Shown here: positions 26,638 through 35,744 of the stretch, piece by piece
How positions within the stretch are numbered: position 1 is the first letter of the stretch
How the letters are laid out: the number at the start of each line of letters is the position of its first letter
Origin: a virus
DNA: 64,000 nt
Reading direction: 5' to 3' (one strand)
IMG/VR virus record: IMGVR_UViG_3300024333_000005
Location: 1-64,000 of that record
Position numbers and translations under genes: made by a program
Notes under the pieces: generated by a model
What the model saw: the letters and a program-made list of their open reading frames with translations, nothing else
Database searches by the model: none
What the model was told of the DNA's origin: nothing

Positions 26638-28950
26638 ATGGACCGGCTCGGCATCGGCGCCATCCTGGAGTTCTCGGCGGGCACGGCAGTCGCCGAGATG
26701 CTCGCCGCCGGGCGCCACGTCGAGGCCCTGAAGACCGGGTTCCGCTCCCTGGGAGCGGGCACCGCCCAGGTTTTCGGCGGCCTGATGCAGGGGCTCATGA
26801 TGGTTGCTCCGGCCCTGCTCGCGGTCAAGGCGGCCGCAGCCGGGGCGGTGGTCAAGTTCGCCCTGTTCGAGGAGGGCCTGGCGAAGATCGGGACCCTGCT
26901 CCCGGGCGGGACCCGGCAGGCCACCGAGTACGCCGACGCCATGAAGGCCCTGGCGATCACCTACGGACAAGGGCTGGCGGTGATCGGCGAGGGGGTCTTC
27001 CAAGCGATCTCCGCTTCGGTCAAGGCGGAGGAGTCCACCGCCTTCATGCACGTCGCGGCCCAGACCGCGGCCGCCGGCTTCACCGACATCAAGACCTCGG
27101 TGGATGCCCTGACGAACGTCATCAACGCCTACGGCGCCGCCCTGGGCACGAACGCCACCGCGGCGGAGAAGGCGACCCGCATCGCGGACGCGATGTTCAC
27201 CGCCAACCGGGAGGGCAAGACCACCGTCGACGAGCTGTCCCGCTACCTGGGCCAGGTCGTCTCCACCACGGCGCAGGCGAAGATCCCCTTCGAGGAGCTG
27301 ACCGCGGCCATCGCCGCCCTGACCAAGACCGGCCTCAACACCGCGATGTCGGTCACGTCCATCAACCAGGCCATCCTCGCCTTCGTCTCCCCGAGCAAAC
27401 AGGCCAAGGAAGCGGCGGCCCGCTTCGGGGTGGACCTGTCCGCGGCCACCCTGGCAAGCCGGGGGCTCCAGGGGGCGCTCGCCCTGGTCAAGAGCAAGAT
27501 CGGCGGAAGCATCGAGGCGATGGCGCAGTTCTTCCCCGAGGTCCGGGCACTGCGCGGCGCCCTGGTCCTGGCCGGCGAGGGGGCGGCCGACTTCGCCAAC
27601 ATCCTGCGCCTTACCCGGGAGGAGAGCGGCATCACCACCCAGAAGTTCGCCGACGTGGCGCAGGGGATCACCTTCCAGTTCCAGCGGGTCCTCCGGGCTG
27701 GCGAGGTGGCGGCGGTGGACGTGGGCGAGGCGATCTTCCGGGGGCTGGCGATCAAGCCCCAGGAGGCGGGCGACCGCCTGGTCGCTCTCTTCGGCCGGCT
27801 GGGGGAGAAGGTCGAGGGCTTCGTGGCCCTGGTCAAGCGCGGCTTCGCCGAGCTGGGGCTGCCCGAGAAGCTGAAGGCGGCCCGGGAAGGCTTCGAGCGG
27901 CTGGGCGCGGCCATCGACGAAGCGTTCGGGAGCGAGGCCGCAGGGCGAGCCGCGGCCATCGCCGCCGCCCTGGGGACCCTGGCCGCGGTGGCCGCGCCCG
28001 CGGCCCTGGCCCTGCTCCCCCTGGGTATGGGGCTCTCCAGCCTGGTCACCGTCGGGAGCGGCCTCTCCACCATGATCTCCGGGCTGGTCGGGGTGCTGGG
28101 TGGCGCCGCCGGCCTGCTCTCGGGGCCGGTGCTGATCGGGATCGCCGCGGTGGCGGGGGCCATCGCCGCCTTCGCCCTGAACGCTGGCGGCCTGCGAGAC
28201 GCCGTGATGGACCTGGTCGGGGCAGTGCTGGAGGCCGCCAAGCCGGCTTGGGAGGCTCTGCTCGGGGTCTGGACCGCGCTCCGGCCGCACCTGGAGATCC
28301 TGGTCGCCGTGCTCGGGTCTGCCCTGACCCCGGTGGTCCAGCTTCTGACCCCCATCGTTAGCTTCCTGGTCGACACCGTTGCCCGCTGGGCGCGGGCGCT
28401 GGGAGCGCTGCTGACCTTCCTTCAGCCCGTGAGCGCCCTGGTCGGGACCGTGTTGGTGGTCGCCTTCAAGGGGCTGGGCGTAGTCCTTGACGCCACCATC
28501 ATCCCGGCCTTCGAGGCGCTCCGCTTCTGCCTGGGGTGGGTCTTCGACAAGCTCATGGGGATCATCGGGGCGATCAACGAGGTCCTCCGCCTGGGCGGCC
28601 TGCTCGGCCAGAGCAAGGGGCTCCTGGCGTTGAGCCAGGTGACCATCGGCGGGGCCCGCCCCGGCATGCCGGCACCATCGCCGGCCCTGGCCCCGGCCGC
28701 GGCGACCGCGGTGGCCGAAGCCAAGGGGTCCGAGGTCAAGGCGGCCGCGGTGGCGGCGGGCATGGCCGCGGTCGCCCCGCCTCCGGCCCAGGTCACGGTC
28801 GAGAACCGGGTGAGCCTCGACGGAAGGGAAGTGGCCGCGGCGACTTCCCGGGCGCAGCTTGAGATCACCGAGCGAGCCGGGGCCCGGCTCACGCCCTGGC
28901 AACGGCGGCAGATCGTCGCCGGGGGCCTGACCCTGGCGGCGGCGAGGTAG
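26638..28950 (+). CDS. tape measure protein (TP901 family)
   Basis: AISA..., ANREGKTTVDEL and EELTAAIAALT motifs; Ala-rich helices and hydrophobic segments. Confidence 0.9.
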   Translation: MDRLGIGAILEFSAGTAVAEMLAAGRHVEALKTGFRSLGAGTAQVFGGLMQGLMMVAPALLAVKAAAAGAVVKFALFEEGLAKIGTLLPGGTRQATEYADAMKALAITYGQGLAVIGEGVFQAISASVKAEESTAFMHVAAQTAAAGFTDIKTSVDALTNVINAYGAALGTNATAAEKATRIADAMFTANREGKTTVDELSRYLGQVVSTTAQAKIPFEELTAAIAALTKTGLNTAMSVTSINQAILAFVSPSKQAKEAAARFGVDLSAATLASRGLQGALALVKSKIGGSIEAMAQFFPEVRALRGALVLAGEGAADFANILRLTREESGITTQKFADVAQGITFQFQRVLRAGEVAAVDVGEAIFRGLAIKPQEAGDRLVALFGRLGEKVEGFVALVKRGFAELGLPEKLKAAREGFERLGAAIDEAFGSEAAGRAAAIAAALGTLAAVAAPAALALLPLGMGLSSLVTVGSGLSTMISGLVGVLGGAAGLLSGPVLIGIAAVAGAIAAFALNAGGLRDAVMDLVGAVLEAAKPAWEALLGVWTALRPHLEILVAVLGSALTPVVQLLTPIVSFLVDTVARWARALGALLTFLQPVSALVGTVLVVAFKGLGVVLDATIIPAFEALRFCLGWVFDKLMGIIGAINEVLRLGGLLGQSKGLLALSQVTIGGARPGMPAPSPALAPAAATAVAEAKGSEVKAAAVAAGMAAVAPPPAQVTVENRVSLDGREVAAATSRAQLEITERAGARLTPWQRRQIVAGGLTLAAAR

Positions 28951-28953
28951 GCC

Positions 28954-29730
28954 ATGAGCGTCCTCCGGGGCGGCTCGCACAGGATGGCGGTCTGGACCCT
29001 GGTCCACTTGGACGGCTTGCGCCGGGGGAGCATCGTCGACGGGCAGTATGCCTGCGAGGGCTACACCGAGCGGCTGGGCGCGGCCTGGGCCGAGGTTCCT
29101 CTGCCGCAGCGGGCGCCGGCCTGGCAGTGGACCCGGGCCGAGGCCGAGGGGGCAACCTTCATCGCCCGCTTCTGGGCACCGAACGCGACCCTGATCGAGC
29201 GGCAGCGCATCCTCGACCGGGTGGCCGCCCTGCGAGAAGCGGTGCGCTCCGACCCGACCCTCGGCCGGCCGCCCCGGATGCGCTTCACCTGGGGCAGCCT
29301 GGGCTACGACTGCGTGGTCGCCGGGGTGGGGGACCTGCGCTACGAGGAGCTGTGGTCGGACGGCTCGCCGAAGGCCGTGACCTGCCGGGTAGAGCTGATC
29401 CGCTACGCCGACCCGCCGGCCCTGGAGCCGACCGACCTGGCGGCCCCCGAGCACCTGTCCCGCTACCGGCCCATGCTGGAGGGCGGGACCTACGAGACGA
29501 TGGCCCTGAAGGAGTGGGACAACCCCTCGCTGGGCGTGCTGCTCCGCCAGGAGAACGACCTGGCCTTCCCGCCGGCCGGCACCATCGTCCGCTGCCCGGC
29601 CGCTGACCACTTCACCGGGAAGGCCCTGCGGCCGGTCGCCTACGCCCTGTCCGACGCCGAGCCGGCGGTGGCGGCCCGGAACGCCCTGCTCGACGCCCGG
29701 GGCGGGGCGGTCGAGGTCGCCTACCTGTGA
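28954..29730 (+). CDS. tail tube initiator / P2 gpU-gpX-like protein
   Basis: PPRMRFTWGS and DGSPK motifs with a LysM-like C-terminal part; follows TMP. Confidence 0.7.
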   Translation: MSVLRGGSHRMAVWTLVHLDGLRRGSIVDGQYACEGYTERLGAAWAEVPLPQRAPAWQWTRAEAEGATFIARFWAPNATLIERQRILDRVAALREAVRSDPTLGRPPRMRFTWGSLGYDCVVAGVGDLRYEELWSDGSPKAVTCRVELIRYADPPALEPTDLAAPEHLSRYRPMLEGGTYETMALKEWDNPSLGVLLRQENDLAFPPAGTIVRCPAADHFTGKALRPVAYALSDAEPAVAARNALLDARGGAVEVAYL

Positions 29731-30926
29731 CCGACCTGATGGCCCCGGCCTTCGCCCTGCGGGTCGAGGGCGGCCGCCTGGGCGAAGACGTGACCCGCCG
29801 AGTGCTGGGTGTGCGCTGGGAGCACACCCTGGACCTGGCCGCGTGCCTGGAGGTCGCGCTCGACGACACCGGGCACACCCTCTCCGATGGCAAGTGGTTC
29901 GCCCCCGGCAACGAGCTGGAGCTGTACCTGGGCTACGGCACCGAGCTGACCTTCGTCGGCCGGGGCGAGATCATGCGCCACCTGCCGACCTACCCCCGGG
30001 ACGGGGCCCCGACCCTGCGGGTCCGGGCCTATGACCGGGGCTTCCGGCTGGGCCTGGCCCAGACCGAGGTGACCGGCGGCCGGAGCGACCGGCCGAAGCG
30101 CAAGCCCGGAGCGCAGGCGGGCCGGGTCCACAAGGGAGAGCTGGGCCGGGTGGTGGGCGAGTTGCTGGACGCCCACGGCATCACCCCGCTGGTCGACCCC
30201 GAGCTGGTCGGCGAGCGGGTGACCTACGTGCAGAAGAAGGGCACCACCGACCTCCAGTTCCTCCGGGCACTGGCCCGGCTCTGGGGAGCCGAGCTGGCGG
30301 TCGAGTGGGAGCCGGACTCGACGAGCTGGGTGGGCTACTTCCTCAAGCCCGGCCGGCGGCCGCAGACCGAGCGCTACACCTTCCGCTGGGGCGACGGCGA
30401 CCGCACCACCCTGCTCGCGGTGGAGCTGGAGTTCGGCACGCCGGAAGGGGCGACCGACCTCGAAGCCTACGTCTGGGACCGGGCGGCGGGCGAGTGGCGA
30501 GCGCTCCGGGAGGCCAAGTACACCGCCGGCCGCTCGGAGAAGGCCGAGCCTGGGAGCGTGGCCGAGAGCCCGGCCCTGGGGCGGCATGCCCGAGCCGGGT
30601 CCACCGTGGACCCGATCACCTCGGCCACCCGGCTGCTCCTGGCGGTCCGGGGACAGAGCGTCGAGGTGCTGACCCGACCGTTCCAGAACGCGGCCCAGGC
30701 GCAGCGCTTCGCCCTGGACTGGTGGGCGCAGCACCGGGACGCCTTCGTGTCGGCCCGGGGCCTACTCCCCGGGGTCGAGACCCTGCGAGCTGGTCAGACG
30801 CACCGGCTGGAGGGCCTGGGGGTGCGCCACGACGGGGACTACTACCTGACCCGAGTCGAGCACCGCTGGGAGCCCGGCTCCGGCTACCTGGTGAGCTTCG
30901 ATGGCCACAAGGTGCTGACCGAGTGA
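29727..30926 (+). CDS. baseplate hub (late control D / gp27-like)
   Basis: LYLGYG, TDLQFLRALA and GDYYLTRVEH motifs. Confidence 0.85.
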   Translation: MTDLMAPAFALRVEGGRLGEDVTRRVLGVRWEHTLDLAACLEVALDDTGHTLSDGKWFAPGNELELYLGYGTELTFVGRGEIMRHLPTYPRDGAPTLRVRAYDRGFRLGLAQTEVTGGRSDRPKRKPGAQAGRVHKGELGRVVGELLDAHGITPLVDPELVGERVTYVQKKGTTDLQFLRALARLWGAELAVEWEPDSTSWVGYFLKPGRRPQTERYTFRWGDGDRTTLLAVELEFGTPEGATDLEAYVWDRAAGEWRALREAKYTAGRSEKAEPGSVAESPALGRHARAGSTVDPITSATRLLLAVRGQSVEVLTRPFQNAAQAQRFALDWWAQHRDAFVSARGLLPGVETLRAGQTHRLEGLGVRHDGDYYLTRVEHRWEPGSGYLVSFDGHKVLTE

Positions 30927-31576
30927 GGCTCGACTACCGGGACGTGACCGAGGGCACGGTCACCGACATCGCCGACCCGGAGCGGCGGGGCCGCATCCGG
31001 GCGACGGCGCCGGCCCTGCTCGGGGATGGCCTGGAGCTGCCCGACTGGATCGAGCCGACCTTCCCCTTCGCCGGCCCGGGCTGCGGCCTGTTCCTGGTGC
31101 CCCCGGTAGGAGCGGCCGTCGAGCTGGAGCACGTGGTCGGGGCCGCCGACGACGACGTGCCCGGGACTGCTCCCCTGCTCAACCCGCAGTACCGCTGGCG
31201 GGCGGGGCTCTGGCGCAGCACCGCCGATGTGCCCGAGGACTTCCTGCGGGACTACCCCCGCCGGCTGGGCCTGCGCTCGCCGGGCGGGGCGACGGTGGTG
31301 CTCGACGACGCTGGCTCCCGGCTCATCCTCAAGGCCGGCACCCTGCGCCTGGGCGCCGACAATGCGGCCGAGCCCCTGGTGCTGGGCGAGGTCTTCCTGG
31401 CCTTCATGGGAAGCTTCATCGACTACTTCCTGGGGCACTTCCATGCCACGTCGGGCGGTCCCTCCGGCCCTCCCGACCCGGCGACGGTCGCCGGCATGCA
31501 GGCGCTCAAGGCATCCGACGTGACCGGCCGAGCGCTGGTGTCGGACGAGAGCTTCGCCCGCAAGGGAGGCCCCTGA
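30923..31576 (+). CDS. baseplate spike (gpV/gp5 OB-fold)
   Basis: DPERRGRI, PPVGAAV and the HFH tip motif. Confidence 0.85.
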   Translation: MRLDYRDVTEGTVTDIADPERRGRIRATAPALLGDGLELPDWIEPTFPFAGPGCGLFLVPPVGAAVELEHVVGAADDDVPGTAPLLNPQYRWRAGLWRSTADVPEDFLRDYPRRLGLRSPGGATVVLDDAGSRLILKAGTLRLGADNAAEPLVLGEVFLAFMGSFIDYFLGHFHATSGGPSGPPDPATVAGMQALKASDVTGRALVSDESFARKGGP

Positions 31577-31950
31577 TGCTCAACCCCGCCAGCCTGGAGG
31601 CGGCCCTGGAGGCGGCGCTCCTGGCGTTCTTGACCAACGCCGAGGCGGTGGCCAAGCTCAAGGTGCTGGAGGCGTTCGAGCACGGCATGACGTTCACCGA
31701 CCCCGGCTCCGGGGCCCAGGCCCGCGAGGAGGTGGCCGAGCGCATCGCCGCCAGCTTCACCGCCGACGTGGCGGCCGCAGGCCACGTCGGCACCCTGGCA
31801 ACCGCCCTGGCCGCCGCCGTGGATGCCTTCGTGCGGCCGGCCGTGGTGACGGTGCTCCCGCTCGACCTGGGGCTCCAGACCAGCACCCCGCCGGGCTCCC
31901 CGACCGCGGGACCCGCGGCGCCGGCAACCATCACCGGGGGCCTGTCGTGA
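31576..31950 (+). CDS. hypothetical baseplate-region protein
   Basis: Coupled ORF with GGAGG RBS. Confidence 0.55.
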   Translation: MLNPASLEAALEAALLAFLTNAEAVAKLKVLEAFEHGMTFTDPGSGAQAREEVAERIAASFTADVAAAGHVGTLATALAAAVDAFVRPAVVTVLPLDLGLQTSTPPGSPTAGPAAPATITGGLS

Positions 31951-32306
31951 CCGGCCTGGCCATTCCCGTCCGGGCGGCCCAGGGCCGGGTGGTGCTGGAG
32001 TCCGGCGAGCGGCAGCTTGCGAAGATCATCTCCCTCGCCCTGCTCGACGGCGACAGCGACCACCCCTACGGCGACGACGCCGGCACCGACAGCCCGGTCT
32101 TCGGGCTGCGCACCCCGGCGCTGGAGGCCCTCTACCGCCACCGCGTCGAGGGCCACTTTGCCCGGCTGGAGGCGGGCCATCGGGCCCGGCTGCTCTCCCT
32201 CGACTTCCCCGGGGCGGCCGCGGGCGAGCTGCGGGTGGCGGTACGCTACGTGAACCTGGAGACCGACCGGGAAGGCGAGGTCGTCCAGACGATTCGGAGG
32301 GCCTGA
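31947..32306 (+). CDS. baseplate wedge gp25/gpW-like protein
   Basis: Size, position and the VAVRYVNLET C-terminus. Confidence 0.65.
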   Translation: MTGLAIPVRAAQGRVVLESGERQLAKIISLALLDGDSDHPYGDDAGTDSPVFGLRTPALEALYRHRVEGHFARLEAGHRARLLSLDFPGAAAGELRVAVRYVNLETDREGEVVQTIRRA

Positions 32307-34462
32307 TGCCGACCGTCTCGCCGCCCGGGCTGCGCTACAGCGGCCTCTACTACCCCGAGCTGCTCCAGGATCTCCTCGTCTGGCGCCGGGCCAACCTCCC
32401 CGAGCTGGACGACGAGGACCCGAACGAGCCGCTGATCCAGCTTCTCCGGGCCTTCGCCCTGACGGGCCACTACAGCAACGTCCTGATCGACCATGTAGCC
32501 CAGGAGTGCCTGCTCCCGACTGCCCGTCTGCGGGAGAGCGTCCGGGGGCTGCTCGCGCTCATCGGCTACCGCCTGCGGCAGCCGTCTCCGTCCAGCCTCG
32601 ACCTGCTGCTCAAGCTGGCCGCACCCCTGACCGCGGCTACTTCCTTCCCGGCCCGGATGCGCTTCGGTACGCAGCCGGCCGGCGATGCCGCGGCGGTGGT
32701 CTTCGAGAGCGGGGCCGCGGCCCTGACCGTGGCCCGCACCGACCGGCTCACGCAGGCGTGGGAGTACGACGCCAGCGGGCCGACCTGGACCGACCGCACC
32801 GCCGCCCTCAACGGGCTGGCCGGGCCCTTCGATCCCTGGGGCGGAGTGCCGGCCGCCGGCGACTGCCTCTACCTGGGGCACAGCGGGGCGCTCTGGGACG
32901 AGGTGGTCCTGACCCTTGCCGCCCTGGGCGACCTGTTCACTGTGCCTGGCTGGTACGTCTGGGAGTACTACGACGGCCAGCTTGACCGGGCCTACCCGAC
33001 CGGGGTAGCCGACCTGGGCGGAGGGCAGCTCCGCTTCGACCTGACTGGCCTGCTCGGCGCCGTCACCCGAGCCGGAGCCCAGGTCCAGGTCCGCTGCCGG
33101 GTCACCGGCAAGGCCGCGACCGTCGCCTCTGCCTGGGTGGGCGGCAAGAACACCGCCACCACCACCTACCTCGGCCAGGGCGCCCCCTCCCTGCTCGCCG
33201 CCGACTACCTGGTGGGGGCGGCCTGGCGGGAGCCGGCCGCGGTCGCCGAGACGGTCGACGGGCTGGCCCGCACCCTGCGCTACGACCTGCCCGAGGGTCT
33301 GCTCCGGCGCTGGCAGACCGCCGCGGTCAACGGGACCACCGCCTACTGGCTGCGGCTGCGGGTGGTGGGGGGCTGCGCCGCTCTGGACTCGCCGCAGCCT
33401 TCCCGGGCGCGGATCGAGGGCCGGGGTCAGTGGCTCAAGATGCTGGGTACGCAGGGGGAGAGCGCCAGCGATGATCCGGCCGGGACCTCTTCCGGCCTGG
33501 CCGACCAGACCTTCACCACCGTCGAAGACGACGTGATCGAGGGCACCCTCGCAGCCTACGCCGACGAGGGCGCCGGCGACGTGGCCTACGCGGTGGTCGA
33601 CGACTTCCTGGCCTCCGACTCGGAGGACCGGCACGTGGCCGTCGCGTTCGACGCCGACGGCCGAGCGACCGTCACCTTCGGGGACGGCACCAGCGGGCGC
33701 ATCCCGCCGGCGGGCAGCGTGATCCGGCTCGACTACCGCCACGGAGCGAGCCCCGACGGCAACGTTGGCGCGGGCGAGGTGACGGTCAACCGGACCGGCG
33801 CGGCCTACGTCACCCTCGTCTCCAATCCCCGGCCGGGCGAGGGGTGGCAGGCGGCCGACGGGGCCGATGCCGCCGACCTGGCCCGGGTCAAGGTGGCCGG
33901 GCCGGCCTCCCTGCGCAACCTGGGCCGGGCCCTGACGGTTGAGGACGTGGACGCCCTGGCGGTCGAGTTCGCCGCGGCCGACGGGACCCGGCCCTGTTCC
34001 CGGGCCTACGGCATCGAGGAGGCCCTGGGGCCGAAGACGGTCAAGGTCCTGGCGGTCGGCACCGGGGGCGACGCGGTGCCCGACGAGTTGCTCGCCGAGA
34101 TGGACCTCTACTTCAACGGCGACCGGGCCTCCGGCGAGCCGGGGCTGCTGGTGCTCGGCACCGAGGCCACCTGCGCGAACTACACCCCGCACCCCGTCGA
34201 CGTGACCGCCACCCTGACCGGGGGCAGCGTGGCCAAGGCGGTCGCCGCCCTCCAGGCGTTCCTCAACGCTCTGGCGGTCGACGCCGACGGGAACTACGTC
34301 CACGCCTTCGGGGGCACGGTCTACCGGGAGCGGCTGGTCGCCGAGCTGTTCGCCGCCGACCCCCTGGTCCGCAACGTGGTCCTGACCCTGCCGGCCGCCG
34401 ACGTAGTGCTTGGCGCCGAAGAGCTGCCGGCGGTCGGGACCCTGACGGTCGTGGTGGCCTAG
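32306..34462 (+). CDS. baseplate J-like protein
   Basis: QECLLPTARLRESV, FGDGTSGRIP and RALTVED motifs. Confidence 0.9.
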   Translation: MPTVSPPGLRYSGLYYPELLQDLLVWRRANLPELDDEDPNEPLIQLLRAFALTGHYSNVLIDHVAQECLLPTARLRESVRGLLALIGYRLRQPSPSSLDLLLKLAAPLTAATSFPARMRFGTQPAGDAAAVVFESGAAALTVARTDRLTQAWEYDASGPTWTDRTAALNGLAGPFDPWGGVPAAGDCLYLGHSGALWDEVVLTLAALGDLFTVPGWYVWEYYDGQLDRAYPTGVADLGGGQLRFDLTGLLGAVTRAGAQVQVRCRVTGKAATVASAWVGGKNTATTTYLGQGAPSLLAADYLVGAAWREPAAVAETVDGLARTLRYDLPEGLLRRWQTAAVNGTTAYWLRLRVVGGCAALDSPQPSRARIEGRGQWLKMLGTQGESASDDPAGTSSGLADQTFTTVEDDVIEGTLAAYADEGAGDVAYAVVDDFLASDSEDRHVAVAFDADGRATVTFGDGTSGRIPPAGSVIRLDYRHGASPDGNVGAGEVTVNRTGAAYVTLVSNPRPGEGWQAADGADAADLARVKVAGPASLRNLGRALTVEDVDALAVEFAAADGTRPCSRAYGIEEALGPKTVKVLAVGTGGDAVPDELLAEMDLYFNGDRASGEPGLLVLGTEATCANYTPHPVDVTATLTGGSVAKAVAALQAFLNALAVDADGNYVHAFGGTVYRERLVAELFAADPLVRNVVLTLPAADVVLGAEELPAVGTLTVVVA

Positions 34463-34463
34463 C

Positions 34464-35735
34464 GTGGACGCCTTCGAGCTGGCGGCCCGGGAGCCCCCCG
34501 ACGCGACCGCGCCGAGCGAGCGGTTCCTCGGGGTGCCCGAACCGACCGACGTGGCGCCCGGCACCCTCTGGCCCTTCCTGCCGGGGGCTCTGCGGGAGCT
34601 GGACGACTCGCAGGGCAACGGCTTCCTGCGCCGCTACCTGCTCCGAGCCGGCGTCCTGTGGTCCCGCTGGCAGCGGAAGACCTGGCGGCTGCCGCTGCTC
34701 CAGCGGCCGGCCAACGTCCCGCCCGAGGTTCTTGATCACCTGCGGGCGCTGGTGGGCTTCGGGCGCGGTTCCGGCCTGCCCGACCGGATCGCCTCCCGGC
34801 TGGACGCGGCGACCCTGCGCAAGCTCTGCAAGCTGGCGGTCCCCTACTGGGCCCGGCGAGGCCGACGAGATGCCCTGGAGGACAGTATCCGCACCCTGAC
34901 CGGGGTGCGGCCCCTGGTGGTCCCCTGGCACGAGCTGCGCAACCTTCTCGACGAGGCGGTGCTGGGCGAAGAAGGCGGCCCGGCCGACCTCTGGATGGTC
35001 CACGACCACGTGGCCGAGGTCGGCCCCGGCGACGCCGACGGCGAGGTCCAAGTCCTTCTCCGGGTGCCCGACCCGGCCGGGACCCTCGACCGCGCCCTGG
35101 TGCAGGACCTCGCCGAGCTGGCCCGGCCCCTCTGCGACCGCTACGAGCTGGCCTTCGTGGACTTCCTCGACTCCTTCTACGACGGCCGGCTGGGGCACTG
35201 GGCCACCGGCGCCGGCGACCCGGCGCCCTGGGCGCCAGGCGAACCCGGCGACCCCGCGCTCTACCCGGGCCTGCTCCTGGGGCCCGGCTGCCTGGAGGCC
35301 GCGGTCACGCCCCTGTCCGCCGGCTGGACCGACTACATCTGGCAGGCCCTCGTCCGGCTGGAGGGGAACGCGGCGGTCGGGGAGCTGCGCTTCTACGTGC
35401 AGGCCAACCCGTTCAACCACTACTTCGTCGAGGTTGCCCTGGGTATCCTGCGCCTCTGGCGCTCCGGCCCGGGGCCGGGGCCGGCGCTGCTCGACTCGGC
35501 GGCGGTCGCCACGTACCCGGGCGTTTACGCCGCCCGCATCGACGTTGCCCCGCTGGGTGGCGGCGGCAACCTGCTCCGGGTCTGGTGGGACGGCGTGCTC
35601 GTCCTGGAGCACGCCGGCGACGCGAACTACTCGCAGGGCGGGGTGGCGGTAGCCAACGCGGGCACCGACGCCCTGCGCCTGATGCGCACCGAGCTGTACC
35701 AGCGGCCGCTTGCGACCGTGACCCTGGCCCCGTAG
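34464..35735 (+). CDS. baseplate/tail protein (P2 gpI-like) with C-terminal beta-sandwich
   Basis: LDHLRALVG and YWARRG patterns; follows gpJ. Confidence 0.7.
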   Translation: MDAFELAAREPPDATAPSERFLGVPEPTDVAPGTLWPFLPGALRELDDSQGNGFLRRYLLRAGVLWSRWQRKTWRLPLLQRPANVPPEVLDHLRALVGFGRGSGLPDRIASRLDAATLRKLCKLAVPYWARRGRRDALEDSIRTLTGVRPLVVPWHELRNLLDEAVLGEEGGPADLWMVHDHVAEVGPGDADGEVQVLLRVPDPAGTLDRALVQDLAELARPLCDRYELAFVDFLDSFYDGRLGHWATGAGDPAPWAPGEPGDPALYPGLLLGPGCLEAAVTPLSAGWTDYIWQALVRLEGNAAVGELRFYVQANPFNHYFVEVALGILRLWRSGPGPGPALLDSAAVATYPGVYAARIDVAPLGGGGNLLRVWWDGVLVLEHAGDANYSQGGVAVANAGTDALRLMRTELYQRPLATVTLAP

Positions 35736-35744
35736 GAGGTCCCC

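Noticed and set aside
22397-35735. Extracellular contractile injection system or tailocin instead of a phage
   Set aside because: Capsid, scaffold, protease and a full replication module are present.
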